Assembly (NCBI RefSeq): GCF_902466845.1
Contig: NZ_CABQSN010000001.1
From: an uncultured Haemophilus sp.
GTDB lineage: Bacteria; Pseudomonadota; Gammaproteobacteria; Enterobacterales; Pasteurellaceae
Length of the DNA stretch: 40,059 nt
Strand: one strand, 5' to 3'
Within the stretch, counting starts at the first letter, position 1, and each line of letters opens with the position of its first letter. The notes beneath the pieces were generated by a model, which saw nothing but the letters and a program-made list of their open reading frames with translations, was not told the DNA's origin and did not search any database. The translations under genes and the position numbers were made by a program. This document shows positions 21,720-33,347 of this stretch, piece after piece.

Positions 21720-23078
21720 TTATTTTCCAATACAGAAAGAACTGAAAATATTGCCGAGTAAATCATCCGAGGTAAATTGTCCCGTAATTTCACTCAGATT
21801 AGCTTGAACTAAACGAAGTTCTTCCGCCAGTAATTCACCCGCATGAAACTCGGTTAATTGGACTAATCCAATTTGTAAATGTTCGGCCGCTTTTTCTAAA
21901 GCATCAAGATGACGACGACGTGCTAAGAAGCCACCTTCCATCCCTGTTTGGAAACCCATCGCCTGTTTTAAATGCTCACGCAACAAATCTACACCCTGAT
22001 GTGTTTGGGCGGATAAACAAACGGTCGTTGTTCCATTTTCTTCTTTTAGCCCAACTGCCTCGCCACTTAAATCTACTTTATTGCGAACAATGGTCACTGG
22101 CATATTATTTGGCAATTTTGATAAAAATTCTGACCGCACTTTTTCGATATTTTGGCTATCAGGATCGCTGCTGTCTAACATCAAAATTATACGATCGGCT
22201 TGCTCAATTTCAGTCCACGCACGCGAGATGCCGATACGTTCAACTTCATCTGTCGCTTCACGAAGTCCTGCGGTATCAATAATATGTAAAGGCATGCCAT
22301 CAATATGAATATGCTCACGCAATACATCGCGCGTCGTTCCCGCAATATCTGTCACAATAGCCGCTTCTCTGCCCGCTAAAGCATTCAGTAAACTTGATTT
22401 ACCTGCATTTGGACGACCGGCAATCACCACTTTCATCCCTTCACGTAAAATCGAGCCTTGTTTTGCTTCGCTACGGACTAAATCAAGTTGATCAATAATT
22501 TCTCGTAATTTTGCTTCGATTTTACCGTCTGCCAAAAAGTCAATTTCTTCATCGGGAAAATCAATCGATGCTTCCACATAAGTACGAAGATAAATCACAG
22601 AATCCACTAACTGATTCACTTTATTAGAAAATTCACCTTGTAGCGATTTTAAGGCAGAACGAGCGGCTTGCTCCGAAGTCGCATCAATCAAATCTGCAAT
22701 GGCTTCTGCTTGAGCTAAATCTAATTTATCGTTTAAAAAAGCCTGTTCAGAAAATTCACCTGGACGCGCAAGACGAACACCATCAAGTTGTAAGATTCGT
22801 TTTAGCAACAAATCTAATACCACTTGTCCGCCATGACCTTGCAACTCCAATACATCTTCACCAGTAAAGGAATTCGGTGATTTAAAATAAAGTGCAATAC
22901 CTTGATCTAAAACTGTGCCATCGGCATCTTTAAAAGGTAAATAGTCTGCCATTCGAGGTTTAGGACATTTACCTAGTACTGCTTGGGCAACTTCAACCGC
23001 TTTGGGGCCTGATACACGCAAAATACCAATACCGCCACGTCCTGGTGCTGTCGCTTGTGCGACGATTGTTTCTTTCAT
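21720..23078 (-). CDS. mnmE: tRNA modification GTPase MnmE (TrmE)
   Basis: [23 protein letters not shown]-terminal FCIGK. Confidence 0.98.
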   Translation of the reverse strand: MKETIVAQATAPGRGGIGILRVSGPKAVEVAQAVLGKCPKPRMADYLPFKDADGTVLDQGIALYFKSPNSFTGEDVLELQGHGGQVVLDLLLKRILQLDGVRLARPGEFSEQAFLNDKLDLAQAEAIADLIDATSEQAARSALKSLQGEFSNKVNQLVDSVIYLRTYVEASIDFPDEEIDFLADGKIEAKLREIIDQLDLVRSEAKQGSILREGMKVVIAGRPNAGKSSLLNALAGREAAIVTDIAGTTRDVLREHIHIDGMPLHIIDTAGLREATDEVERIGISRAWTEIEQADRIILMLDSSDPDSQNIEKVRSEFLSKLPNNMPVTIVRNKVDLSGEAVGLKEENGTTTVCLSAQTHQGVDLLREHLKQAMGFQTGMEGGFLARRRHLDALEKAAEHLQIGLVQLTEFHAGELLAEELRLVQANLSEITGQFTSDDLLGNIFSSFCIGK

Positions 23079-23174
23079 AAAAACTCACTAAAAATTGACC
23101 GCACTTTTATCTGCGATAAAAAAATGAGAGGGCGCATTAATACGCCCATGTGATTATATATCAATCAATGATAG

Positions 23175-23198
23175 AAAAAAGGCATCTTTCGATGCCTT
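23175..23198 (-). terminator. Intrinsic terminator after yidC
   Basis: Minus strand AAGGCATC-GAAA-GATGCCTT-TTTT. Confidence 0.8.
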
Positions 23199-23205
23199 CT
23201 ATTTG

Positions 23206-24834
23206 TTATTTTTTACGGGTATGTAACCCTTTCTTCTCTAAACCACGGTAGATCATTTGTTGTTGTACGATAGTGATTAAGTTAGACACTAACCAGTAAA
23301 GTACTAGACCTGCCGGGAACCAGAGGAAGAAGAACATGAAGATCAACGGCATAAAGTTCATCACTTTTTGTTGCATTGGATCTGCAACTGGTGTCGGTGA
23401 CATTTTTTGTAACAAGAACATTGATCCGCCCATTAAGATTGGGAGAATGTAGTAAGGGTCTTGTGCCGATAAATCTTGAATCCAACCAAAGAATGGCGCA
23501 TGGCGAAGTTCGACCGCTTCCATAAACGTCCAGTATAATGCGATAAAAATTGGCATTTGAAGGATTAATGGTAAGCAACCGCCAAGTGGATTTACTTTTT
23601 CTTCTTTGTAAAGTTTCATCATTTCTTGGCTCATACGTTGGCGATCATCACCAAAACGTTCGCGCATTTCTTGCATTTTCGGTTGCAACATACGCATTTT
23701 CGCCATAGAAGTGTATTGTGCTTTTGTGAGCGGATATAAAATCGCTTTCACCACTAAGGTAACACAAATAATTGCCACACCCCAGTTAGATACAATACTT
23801 TGAATGAAAGTTAATAACCAGAATAATGGTTTCGCGATAAACCATGCCCAACCGTAATCTACAGTCAAGTCTAAGTGGTTAGCCACTTCAGCCATTTTGT
23901 TTTGTAATTTTGGACCTGTCCATAATGAGCTGGTAATTTTTTCTGTTGCACCCGCTGGAACAGATACTACTGGACCACGATAACCAATAGACGCAACGTT
24001 ATTTTTGCTGTCTGTAATACTATAAAGTTGGTTATTTACATCTTGATTTGGGATCCAAGCTGATACGAAATAGTGTTGTAAAACAGCAACCCAACCTGCT
24101 TTGGTATCGATAGAAAGATTTTTGTCTTTCATATCGCTGAAGCTGTATTTTTTGTAATTTGTTTCAGAAGAAGAATACGCACCACCGGTATAAGTAGGCA
24201 TTGCCACGTTACCGCTGCTTTCAACTAATGTATGTTTTAATTGGCCGTAAGGCTCAACTTCAATTGCACTACCACTTTGGTTCACAATTTCAAAGTTAAC
24301 ACCTACATCGTAGCTATCGCGTTTTAATACAAAGATTTTACGATAAGTCACACCGTCTTTTTCAAATGTTAATGGCACAGAAAGTTCATTTTGACCTTCT
24401 GCTAATTTGAAATTATCACCCGTAACTTGATATTGTGCACGACCTGCTTTTGTATCGATCCCGTTTTTACCGATTAAGCCGCTTTGTGCAATGTAAACAT
24501 GCTCGTTTGTATCTTTTAATAAAACGAAAGGTTCTTTTGAATTTAATTCTGCATCATATTTTAATAATTCAGAACTGATTACATCACCACCTAATGTATC
24601 CACTTTCAAACGGAATACATCATTTTCTAATGTGATAATGTGACCTTTGGTTTGTGAGTCTGCCACTACTTCGGCAGATGAAGAAGAACTTGCCGGTACA
24701 TCAGAAGGGGCGGTTGTTGTTTGTTCCGTGGTCTGTTGTTGAACCGGTGGATTTTTATCAAGTTGCCATTGCTGATAAACAAGGAAAGAAATAAAGAGTA
24801 GTGCAAGCACTAATAGGCTACGTCTTGAGTCCAT
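23206..24834 (-). CDS. yidC: Membrane protein insertase YidC
   Basis: [25 protein letters not shown]. Confidence 0.97.
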   Translation of the reverse strand: MDSRRSLLVLALLFISFLVYQQWQLDKNPPVQQQTTEQTTTAPSDVPASSSSSAEVVADSQTKGHIITLENDVFRLKVDTLGGDVISSELLKYDAELNSKEPFVLLKDTNEHVYIAQSGLIGKNGIDTKAGRAQYQVTGDNFKLAEGQNELSVPLTFEKDGVTYRKIFVLKRDSYDVGVNFEIVNQSGSAIEVEPYGQLKHTLVESSGNVAMPTYTGGAYSSSETNYKKYSFSDMKDKNLSIDTKAGWVAVLQHYFVSAWIPNQDVNNQLYSITDSKNNVASIGYRGPVVSVPAGATEKITSSLWTGPKLQNKMAEVANHLDLTVDYGWAWFIAKPLFWLLTFIQSIVSNWGVAIICVTLVVKAILYPLTKAQYTSMAKMRMLQPKMQEMRERFGDDRQRMSQEMMKLYKEEKVNPLGGCLPLILQMPIFIALYWTFMEAVELRHAPFFGWIQDLSAQDPYYILPILMGGSMFLLQKMSPTPVADPMQQKVMNFMPLIFMFFFLWFPAGLVLYWLVSNLITIVQQQMIYRGLEKKGLHTRKK

Positions 24835-25097
24835 TATTTTTTCTCATCGTTATTATTAATCTTTTTCGGCGGAACAGGATCGAATCCACCGGCGCTTAAG
24901 GGGTGACATTTTAATACACGTTTTAGCGTAAGCCAACTACCTTTTAACAATCCATGTGTTTTTAACGCCTCAATACCATAACAAGAACAGGTTGGCACAA
25001 AACGACAACGCGGTCCAATTAAAGGGCTAATCGCTACTTGATAAAACTTAATTAAAGCGATGAGGATTTTTGTGCCAAACGAATGTGACGTGCCCAT
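24834..25097 (-). CDS. yidD: Membrane protein insertion efficiency factor YidD
   Basis: [21 protein letters not shown]. Confidence 0.94.
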   Translation of the reverse strand: MGTSHSFGTKILIALIKFYQVAISPLIGPRCRFVPTCSCYGIEALKTHGLLKGSWLTLKRVLKCHPLSAGGFDPVPPKKINNNDEKK

Positions 25098-25420
25098 AAT
25101 TTATCCAAAGTTTGTAAAAACGTTTGATTATCAAGCTGACCAATGCCACGTTTCGCCACAAAGACAAAGTCACAAGAAGGCAAATTATGTTGAGATAAAC
25201 GAAAACTTTCACGAACTAAACGTTTGATACGATTACGATCATGTGCTCGTTTAAGATGTTTTTTAGCCACAGTTAAACCTAAGCGTGGATGCTCAAGATT
25301 ATTTTTGCGTGCGAGAATGGTAATTTCAGGGGTGCTTGCTCGAAACGGTTGTTCGAAGACATTTTTGAATTGAGTGGGAGTTAACAATCGTAACTCCCGA
25401 GAGAAGTTTAGCTTAATCAC
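25052..25420 (-). CDS. rnpA: Ribonuclease P protein component
   Basis: [13 protein letters not shown] motif [12 protein letters not shown] start. Confidence 0.96.
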   Translation of the reverse strand: MIKLNFSRELRLLTPTQFKNVFEQPFRASTPEITILARKNNLEHPRLGLTVAKKHLKRAHDRNRIKRLVRESFRLSQHNLPSCDFVFVAKRGIGQLDNQTFLQTLDKLWARHIRLAQKSSSL

Positions 25421-25432
25421 TAAAAGAGGTGA

Positions 25433-25567
25433 TTATGCAGATAAACTCTTACGACCTTTAGCACGACGACGAGCTAAAACTTGACGGCCGTTTTTAGTTG
25501 CCATACGAGCACGGAAACCGTGAGTACGGCTACGTTTTAATACAGAAGGTTGAAATGTACGTTTCAT
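25433..25567 (-). CDS. rpmH: 50S ribosomal protein L34 (44 aa, below the ORF-track cutoff)
   Basis: Manual translation [44 protein letters not shown]. Confidence 0.98.
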
Positions 25568-25885
25568 TGTAATCTACCTAAATCAAAATGGTTTACTGTT
25601 TTGATATTCAAAACACAACAAGGGTTATAAAAAATAGACCGCAATTTTAATCATAAATTGGGCTTTCGTCAAATAAGAAAAGAGAAAATTCCGAAATAAT
25701 CTTCCGTTTCTTCTAAAATCGTGGGGATTATACGGATTTTGGACAAAATCTCAAGCAACCTTTTTGTCTTTTTTTGACGACCAACAGAAGATCTTTTGCC
25801 TAAATTATTGTAAAATTCTCTTCGATTTTTAACCGCACTTTTGCGGCTTTTATTTTATACGCATATAACATAAGGATAATTTATC

Positions 25886-27253
25886 GTGAGCCTTTCTACC
25901 CTATGGCAAGATTGCTTATCACAACTACAAGATCAGGTTTCCCCGATGGATCTCAGCACGTGGTTACGCCCATTACAAGCGGATGTCATCTCGCAAGATC
26001 AAGTGGTGTTATATGCGTCCAATATGTTTGTAAAAAGCTGGGTGGAAAATCATTACTTGGCTCAAATTCATCAAATTTGCCAAGCCCTTGCTAAAAATCC
26101 AAATTTACAAATTATCGTAAAAGAAGGGGTAAAACCTGCTCCCAAAGCAGTTGAATCAGCCCCGAGTCAAACAGCTAATCATCAAGAAAGTGCGGTGAGT
26201 TTTCAGCAAGAGTCTGATGCACCAAGCAAATTTGAATCACACCTAAATCGTAAACATTTATTTGAAAACTTTGTTGAAGGTAAATCAAACCAACTCGCTC
26301 GTGCAGTAGGCCAAAAACTCGCCCTTGCACCTGGTGAACCAACGGCAAACCCATTCTTTTTATATGGTGGTACAGGTTTAGGTAAAACCCACTTATTACA
26401 CGCAATCGGTAACGGCATTTTAGCGAATAAACCGAATGCCCGCGTGCTTTATATCCATGCAAATAACTTTATGCAGCACATGGTAAAAGCAATGCGTGAT
26501 AATAAAATGGATCAATTCAAAAAATTCTATCGTTCTCTTGATGCATTATTAGTGGATGATATTCAATTCTTTGCAGAGAAAGAAAAAACACAAGAAGAAT
26601 TTTTCCATATTTTCAACAATTTATTTGAAACTGGCCGTCAAATTATTTTGACCTCTGACCGCTATCCAAAAGAAATTGAGAAAATTGAAGAACGCCTAAA
26701 ATCTCGTTTCGGTTGGGGTTTAACCACTGCGATTGAACCACCTGATTTAGAAACTCGTGTTGCGATTTTGCTGAAAAAAGCAGAAGAACATAATATGGAT
26801 CTGCCAGAAGAAGTGGCATTCTTTATCGCCCAACGCTTACGCACCAATGTTCGTGAATTAGAAGGCGCATTAAACCGTGTGAAAGCGATGCAAGACTTCA
26901 AAGGTGGTCACATTGATATTGATTTTGTCCGTGACACATTAAAAGATATTCTCGCCTTACAAGAACGTTTGGTAACCATTGAAAATATTCAGAAAGTCGT
27001 GGCAGAATACTATCGAATTAAAGTGGCGGATTTAAAATCAAAAAGCAGAGCAAGATCAGTCACTCGCCCACGCCAAGTTGCGATGGCGTTAGCAAAAGAA
27101 TTAACCAATAAAAGCTTACCGGAAATTGGCCGTGCCTTTGAACGCGACCATACGACAGTCTTAAATGCCTGCCGTGAAGTGCCCAAATTCCGTGAAAAAG
27201 ACAGCAGTATTCAAGAAGATTGGGCGAATTTAATTCGCACATTATCTGCATAA
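25886..27253 (+). CDS. dnaA: Chromosomal replication initiator DnaA
   Basis: [36 protein letters not shown] start. Confidence 0.97.
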   Translation: MSLSTLWQDCLSQLQDQVSPMDLSTWLRPLQADVISQDQVVLYASNMFVKSWVENHYLAQIHQICQALAKNPNLQIIVKEGVKPAPKAVESAPSQTANHQESAVSFQQESDAPSKFESHLNRKHLFENFVEGKSNQLARAVGQKLALAPGEPTANPFFLYGGTGLGKTHLLHAIGNGILANKPNARVLYIHANNFMQHMVKAMRDNKMDQFKKFYRSLDALLVDDIQFFAEKEKTQEEFFHIFNNLFETGRQIILTSDRYPKEIEKIEERLKSRFGWGLTTAIEPPDLETRVAILLKKAEEHNMDLPEEVAFFIAQRLRTNVRELEGALNRVKAMQDFKGGHIDIDFVRDTLKDILALQERLVTIENIQKVVAEYYRIKVADLKSKSRARSVTRPRQVAMALAKELTNKSLPEIGRAFERDHTTVLNACREVPKFREKDSSIQEDWANLIRTLSA

Positions 27254-27263
27254 GGAGCCAATG

Positions 27264-28364
27264 ATGCAATTTAGCATTTCAAGAGAAAATCTATTAAAAC
27301 CCTTACAGCAAGTTTGTGGCGTATTAAGCAATCGTCCGAATATTCCTGTATTAAATAACGTGTTATTACAAATTGAAGATAACCGTTTAACGATTACAGG
27401 TACAGACCTTGAAGTTGAGCTTTCTAGCTATACTCAACTTTCTTCTTCAACCGCTGATGGTGCGTTCACCATTCCGGCTAAAAAATTCTTAGATATTTGC
27501 CGCACGCTATCAGATGAATTTGAAATTACAGTTACCTTTGAAGAAGATCGCGCCATTGTAGAATCAGGTCGCAGTAAATTTAATCTCACTACGCTACCTG
27601 CAGAAGAATACCCAAATCTGACAGATTGGCAATCTGAAGTGGATTTTGCCTTACCGCAAAGCACCTTACGTCGCTTAATTGAAGCAACCCAATTTTCAAT
27701 GGCAAACCAGGATGCCCGCTATTTCTTAAACGGCATGAAATTTGAAACGGAAGGTAATTTATTACGTACTGTTGCAACTGACGGTCACCGTCTTGCTGTT
27801 TGTACGATTGAATTAGATCAAGATCTGCAAACTCATTCGGTTATTCTGCCACGTAAAGGGGTATTAGAACTGAATCGCCTATTAGAAAGCAGTGATGAAC
27901 TTGCTCGTTTGCAAATTGGTACAAATAATCTTCGTATCCACTTAAACCACATTGTGTTTACCTCAAAACTCATTGATGGTCGTTTCCCTGATTACCGTCG
28001 TGTATTACCACGTAATGCAACTCGTATCGTAGAAGGAAACTGGGAAACTTTAAAACAAGCTTTTGTACGTGCTTCTATCCTTTCAAATGAACGTGTGCGC
28101 AGTGTGCGTTTAAACTTAAGTGAAAACCAACTTAAAATTACCGCATCTAATCCTGAACACGAAGTGGCTGAAGAAATCGTGGATGTGAATTATCAAGGTG
28201 AAGAAATGGAAGTGGGCTTTAATGTGACTTACATTTTAGATGTATTAAACGCCTTAAAATGCCAACAAGTACGTATCCGCCTCACAGATGCATCATCAAG
28301 CTGCTTAATTGAAAACAGCGAAGATGCAAGCGCAGAATACGTCATTATGCCAATGCGCCTCTAG
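27264..28364 (+). CDS. dnaN: DNA polymerase III beta clamp
   Basis: GTDLE, ATDGHRL, C-terminal VIMPMRL; second ATG fits the SD spacing better. Confidence 0.97.
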   Translation: MQFSISRENLLKPLQQVCGVLSNRPNIPVLNNVLLQIEDNRLTITGTDLEVELSSYTQLSSSTADGAFTIPAKKFLDICRTLSDEFEITVTFEEDRAIVESGRSKFNLTTLPAEEYPNLTDWQSEVDFALPQSTLRRLIEATQFSMANQDARYFLNGMKFETEGNLLRTVATDGHRLAVCTIELDQDLQTHSVILPRKGVLELNRLLESSDELARLQIGTNNLRIHLNHIVFTSKLIDGRFPDYRRVLPRNATRIVEGNWETLKQAFVRASILSNERVRSVRLNLSENQLKITASNPEHEVAEEIVDVNYQGEEMEVGFNVTYILDVLNALKCQQVRIRLTDASSSCLIENSEDASAEYVIMPMRL

Positions 28365-28369
28365 AAATA

Positions 28370-29452
28370 ATGGCCATTTCCCGCTTAATTGTTGAAAAAT
28401 TTAGAAATTTAAATGCCGTGGATCTTGAATTTGATCACGGCTTTAACTTTTTAGTCGGCAACAACGGCAGCGGAAAAACGAGCTTATTAGAAGCCATTTT
28501 TTATCTCGGGCATGGACGCTCTTTCAAAAGTGCGGTCGCAAATCGCATCATTTCTTACGACGAACCTCATTTCACGCTTTTTGGACAAATTCAAGAAAGC
28601 CAGCATCAATGGTCTGTTGGCTTACAAAAACTTCGTCAAGGTAATACCATCGCAAAAATAAACGGTGAAGACGGCAATAAAATTGCTGATCTCGCTCACC
28701 TTTTACCCATGCAATTAATTACGCCTGAAGGACTTACCCTATTAAACGGAGGGCCAAGTTTTCGACGTGCATTTTTAGATTGGGGTTTATTCCACCACCA
28801 TAATAGCTTTCATTCCTCTTGGGTTGCCTTAAACCGTTTATTAAAACAACGAAATGCCGCACTCAGTCAAAATCAGCCTTATTCTGCAATAAAAATATGG
28901 GATATTGAATTAGCTAAATTAGCCCACCAAGTGAGTGATTGGCGAGCTGAATATGCAGAAGCCTTACGCCCAGAAATTGAAAAAACCTGCCAGTTATTTT
29001 TACCTGAATTAGAAATTACTGTTAGCTTTCATCAAGGCTGGGAGAAAGCGACAGAATATGGTGAATTATTGGCGCAAAACTTTGAGCGAGACAAAGCCAT
29101 TGGTTATACAGTTTCAGGCCCACAAAAAGCGGATTTCCGTTTTAAAGCAAATGGATTACCGGTTGAAGATGTACTCTCTCGTGGTCAATTGAAACTCTTG
29201 ATGTGTGCACTCCGTTTAGCCCAGGGTGAACATTTAATGATTCAAAAACAGCGTCATTGCATCTTTCTGATTGATGACTTTGCCTCTGAGTTGGATCAAC
29301 ATAAACGCGCCCTGCTTGCGGAACGCTTGCAACAAAGTGGTTCTCAAGTTTTCGTAACCGCTATTACTCAAGGTCAACTCAAAGAGATGCAAGTGGGAAA
29401 AGGAAAATTGTTCCAAGTGGATACCGGTAAGATCACCGAATTGCAACCATAA
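28370..29452 (+). CDS. recF: DNA replication/repair protein RecF
   Basis: GNNGSGKTS, LSRGQ, LIDDFASELD. Confidence 0.97.
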   Translation: MAISRLIVEKFRNLNAVDLEFDHGFNFLVGNNGSGKTSLLEAIFYLGHGRSFKSAVANRIISYDEPHFTLFGQIQESQHQWSVGLQKLRQGNTIAKINGEDGNKIADLAHLLPMQLITPEGLTLLNGGPSFRRAFLDWGLFHHHNSFHSSWVALNRLLKQRNAALSQNQPYSAIKIWDIELAKLAHQVSDWRAEYAEALRPEIEKTCQLFLPELEITVSFHQGWEKATEYGELLAQNFERDKAIGYTVSGPQKADFRFKANGLPVEDVLSRGQLKLLMCALRLAQGEHLMIQKQRHCIFLIDDFASELDQHKRALLAERLQQSGSQVFVTAITQGQLKEMQVGKGKLFQVDTGKITELQP

Positions 29453-29484
29453 AAAATAATCCGATCGGTTTAAGGATCGGATTA
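29451..29484. terminator. Terminator between convergent recF and nagA
   Basis: TAATCCGATC-N8-GATCGGATTA; the T-run is on the minus strand. Confidence 0.72.
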
Positions 29485-29515
29485 CGTTTAAAACAATGCT
29501 ATTTTTGACCGCACT

Positions 29516-30661
29516 TTAGTTTGGTTTCCATTCACCATTCAATACGGTACCAATCACATCATAATCTTTTGTGAATACAGCCAAATTAGCCACTTTACCC
29601 GCTTCAACAGAACCTAAACGGTCATCTACGCCAATCGCTCTTGCTGGGTACAGGTTACTCATACGAATCGCTTCTGCTAATGGAATTTCCACATACTCTA
29701 CAGCATTCTTAATAGATTCCATCATGGTAATCGATGCGCCCGCAATCGTACCATTTGCGTCGTAACAACGACCTTTTTTCACATAAATCGGTTTTCCTAC
29801 AAAAGTGAAAGTTTCCAATTCAGGTGGTGCACCTGCAGCAGCAAGAGAATCGGTTACAATGCAAAGTTTGTCACCTTTCGCTTTTTTATCTAAGCGAACG
29901 TTACCAAAATTCACATGCACGCCATCTACAATAATCCCCGTGTAAACATCGGAGTCTAACACTGCGCCAACTACACCCATCGCACGTCCTGAGCTGATCG
30001 GCGACATCGCATTGTGTAAGTGAGTTGCAAAGGTTGCCCCTTTATGAAAGGCTGCTTTCGCCACTTCATAAGTCGCATTAGAATGCCCAATAGACACAAT
30101 AATGCCTGCTTTTACAAAATCCGGAATATATTGCACCGTTGGGTTTTCAGCGGCAATGGTAAGTTTAGTGATGACATCCGCATTATCACATAAGAAATCT
30201 TTCATCTCTGGCGTCGCTTCACGGATATATTCCGGGCGGTGCACGCCTTTTTTCTCAAGACTTAAATAAGGGCCTTCGATGTGTAAACCAAGCGCTTGAT
30301 TTTTATGCTTATTCAAATACTCACGCATAATGTTTACTGCCCGTTTGATATCTTCATCTGGTGCAGTAATAAACGTTGGTAAGAAACTGGTGCAGCCTGA
30401 TTTCAAGTTCGTGGCTTGCATAATTTCTAATGTTTCCACGCTTGTTTGATCGTTAAACATCACGCCGCCACAGCCATTTAATTGCAAATCAATAAAGCCT
30501 GCTGTAAGATTATGGCCTTTTAAATCAATGGTTTTAATCCCGCTTTCTAATTCGCTTTGTGGAATAACAGATTGAATATATTCCCCTTCAATAATCACTG
30601 CATAATCTCTTAACACTTCATTTTTCGTGTAGATTACGCTGTTAATTAATGCATACTTCAT
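29516..30661 (-). CDS. nagA: N-acetylglucosamine-6-phosphate deacetylase
   Basis: GFIDLQLNGCGG, HIEGPY, GHSNA, THLHNAM, VTDS. Confidence 0.96.
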   Translation of the reverse strand: MKYALINSVIYTKNEVLRDYAVIIEGEYIQSVIPQSELESGIKTIDLKGHNLTAGFIDLQLNGCGGVMFNDQTSVETLEIMQATNLKSGCTSFLPTFITAPDEDIKRAVNIMREYLNKHKNQALGLHIEGPYLSLEKKGVHRPEYIREATPEMKDFLCDNADVITKLTIAAENPTVQYIPDFVKAGIIVSIGHSNATYEVAKAAFHKGATFATHLHNAMSPISSGRAMGVVGAVLDSDVYTGIIVDGVHVNFGNVRLDKKAKGDKLCIVTDSLAAAGAPPELETFTFVGKPIYVKKGRCYDANGTIAGASITMMESIKNAVEYVEIPLAEAIRMSNLYPARAIGVDDRLGSVEAGKVANLAVFTKDYDVIGTVLNGEWKPN

Positions 30662-30697
30662 CATACCTTCCTAAAATCCAATTAAAATTAACCGCAC

Positions 30698-31501
30698 TTA
30701 TAATACACTATGAATCGCGCGTCCTTCCAATTCAGTAAAATATTTCACTGTTTTGACTTTCAATTCTTGCAGTGCAGGCTCATCACATACCAAAACGAAA
30801 TGACGATGAAGCTGTAAAGCACTCACTGTCCAAAGGTGATTAATACTGCCTTCTACGGCGGCTTGCACAGCTAAGGCTTTATTATGACCCGTTGCTAAAA
30901 TCATCACTTCTTCAGCATCAAGCAATGTCCCTACACCGATTGTTAAAGCATATTTTGGTACTTGATTTACATCGTTATTAAAGAAACGAGAATTCGCGAT
31001 AATGGTATCCGGCGTTAAGGTTTTAATACGGGTACGCGAACTTAAAGAAGAAGCCGGTTCGTTAAAAGCAATATGACCATCTACGCCTACGCCGCCCATA
31101 AATAAATGAATTTTGCCGTAAGATTTAATTTTTTCTTCATAACGACGACATTCTCCATCATGGTCATTGGTATTACCATTCAAAATATTGATATTTTGCG
31201 GTTGAATATCAATATGGTTGAAGAAATTATTATGCATAAAACTGTGATAGCTTTCTGGATGTTCTTTTGGCAAGCCCACATATTCATCCATATTGAAGGT
31301 CACCACATGTTTAAAACTCACTTCTCCCGCTTGATTTAATTTAATCAATTCTTGATAGGTCTTAAGTGGTGTACTACCTGTTGGTAAACCTAATACAAAA
31401 GGACGTTCTGCGGTAGGTTTAAAATGATTAATTCGATCAGCAATATGACGCGCCGCCCAACGGCTGACTTGTTGTTCATTGTTCAGAGGAATGAGACGCA
31501 T
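30698..31501 (-). CDS. nagB: Glucosamine-6-phosphate deaminase
   Basis: MRLIPL start, [23 protein letters not shown]. Confidence 0.97.
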   Translation of the reverse strand: MRLIPLNNEQQVSRWAARHIADRINHFKPTAERPFVLGLPTGSTPLKTYQELIKLNQAGEVSFKHVVTFNMDEYVGLPKEHPESYHSFMHNNFFNHIDIQPQNINILNGNTNDHDGECRRYEEKIKSYGKIHLFMGGVGVDGHIAFNEPASSLSSRTRIKTLTPDTIIANSRFFNNDVNQVPKYALTIGVGTLLDAEEVMILATGHNKALAVQAAVEGSINHLWTVSALQLHRHFVLVCDEPALQELKVKTVKYFTELEGRAIHSVL

Positions 31502-31592
31502 AATAACCTTCCTTATCAGTACCACACCGACATTCTTTCCTCCCCGATTGAAGAGAGAGGAAAGAAGTAAGTGCGGTCACTTTTCCATTAAT

Positions 31593-32471
31593 TTATAAAT
31601 ATTTTGCTTTTAACTCTTTCGCTTTCGCTAATTGCTCTGGTGTTGCTTTCGCTGTCATTGGCTCACGGCAATAACCTGCATCCACCCCCTCTAGTTTCAA
31701 TAACTCTTTGATAGTGAGATATAAGCCATTCGCTAAAATGCCTTCGATAAGGTCATTGGTCACGTGTTGAACTTGAAGTGCATCAGCCAATTTACCTTGT
31801 TTGGTTAATTCAAAGATTTGTCTTGCACGCACACCGTTTACGTTGAATGTACTACCGATCGCACCATCTACACCAAGAGATACAGCTGGCACCATCATTT
31901 CATCAAAACCAGCCCAAATGAGGTGATTTGGATAAGCTTTTTTCAAGCGTTCTAACAGATAGAAATCCCCAGCGGTAAATTTCACACCTAGCACTTTCGG
32001 GTTTTTATAAAGTTCGCCGAATTGCTCAATACCCATGTTCACACCTGTTAAGAACGGAATTGAGTACACGATCATGTTATTGCCTGTTTCCGCAATAATG
32101 GTGTCGTAGTAATGTTTGATTTCAGGGAAGCTGAATTTATAGTAGAAAGGCGTTACCGCAGAAAGGCTGTCATAGCCTAATTCGGTTGCATATTTACCTA
32201 ATTCCACTGCTTCATGTAAGTTCACGCTACCCACTTGTGCGATTAACGCGACTTGGTCTTTTGCTTCATCTTTCGCGATACGGAAAATTTGTTTTTTCTC
32301 TTCCGTAGAAAGCATGAAGTTTTCACCTGTTGAGCCGCCTACATATAAACCATCAATTTTCATCTTATCAATGTTATAGCGAATGATTTCACGCAAACCT
32401 TTTTCATTGATAGAGCCATCTTCATTGAATGATACTAATAACGCACTAAAAATACCTTTTAAGTTACGCAT
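31593..32471 (-). CDS. nanA: N-acetylneuraminate lyase
   Basis: GGSTGE, TPFYY, GVKFT, GFDE, GAIGST. Confidence 0.96.
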   Translation of the reverse strand: MRNLKGIFSALLVSFNEDGSINEKGLREIIRYNIDKMKIDGLYVGGSTGENFMLSTEEKKQIFRIAKDEAKDQVALIAQVGSVNLHEAVELGKYATELGYDSLSAVTPFYYKFSFPEIKHYYDTIIAETGNNMIVYSIPFLTGVNMGIEQFGELYKNPKVLGVKFTAGDFYLLERLKKAYPNHLIWAGFDEMMVPAVSLGVDGAIGSTFNVNGVRARQIFELTKQGKLADALQVQHVTNDLIEGILANGLYLTIKELLKLEGVDAGYCREPMTAKATPEQLAKAKELKAKYL

Positions 32472-32480
32472 TTTTCTCTC

Positions 32481-33347
32481 CTATTTGATACGTTGTTCTA
32501 AAATGACATTTAATGTTTTTTGCTTTATTTTGACCGCACTTTCCTGCGATGCCTGTACCAATAAAGCATAAATCAAATCTAATACAAATAATTGAGCAAT
32601 CTTCGTGCCGATAGAGTCGCCTTGTAACTTGCCTTGCTTATTCCCATTCACTAAAACAAGATCGGCATATTCAGTGATGGGGGAACGCAGACTGTGCGTA
32701 ATCGCAATGGTTTTTGCACCATTTTCTTTCGCAATTTTCATGGTATGAGTCGTTTCTTGAGAATAACCTGAATGGCTCAAACCAATTGCCACATCTTTTT
32801 TCGTCAATAAAGATGCCTGCATATACATAAAATGGTTGTTACCTGTCGCATCCACTTGCACACCGATACGCATCAGTTTATTTTTGGCATCTTCCGCAGT
32901 AATACCCGATGTACCTACACCAAATAAAAAGACACGATTGGCTTGCTGAATAGCTTTCACTGCTTCTTCCAACTGCTCAAAATCTAATAAATTAATGGTT
33001 TCATCCATCACGTTATTGATGGCAGATTTCAGCTTATGCGCAATATTCAATGAGTTGTCAGAATCGGTAATATCTGAATCTAATACGGTGTTATCTTTGC
33101 CATCTTTTGTGGCAAGCTCGATGGATAATTCCAATTTAAAATCACTGAAGCCTTTAAAGCCGAGAGTGCGACAAAAACGCACAAAGGTCGCTTCCCCCAC
33201 TTCTAAATGGGCGGCAATTTCAGCTAAAGGAGCTTGCACCGCAAGATCGGGATTCAATAAAATCGCATCCGCAATTTTCTTTTCAGTTTTCGTTAAACTG
33301 CGATATAACGAGCTGATGGTATTTAAAATATTGCCATTTTTAGCCAT
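32481..33347 (-). CDS. siaR: RpiR/MurR-family regulator of the sialic acid operon (SiaR-like)
   Basis: RpiR HTH (ATFVRFCRTLGFKGF) plus SIS domain (LSHSG); lies between nanK and nanA. Confidence 0.85.
   Translation of the reverse strand: MAKNGNILNTISSLYRSLTKTEKKIADAILLNPDLAVQAPLAEIAAHLEVGEATFVRFCRTLGFKGFSDFKLELSIELATKDGKDNTVLDSDITDSDNSLNIAHKLKSAINNVMDETINLLDFEQLEEAVKAIQQANRVFLFGVGTSGITAEDAKNKLMRIGVQVDATGNNHFMYMQASLLTKKDVAIGLSHSGYSQETTHTMKIAKENGAKTIAITHSLRSPITEYADLVLVNGNKQGKLQGDSIGTKIAQLFVLDLIYALLVQASQESAVKIKQKTLNVILEQRIK

Noticed and set aside
25568..25885. oriC next to dnaA
   Set aside because: No cluster of DnaA boxes, GATC sites or 13-mer repeats in the spacer
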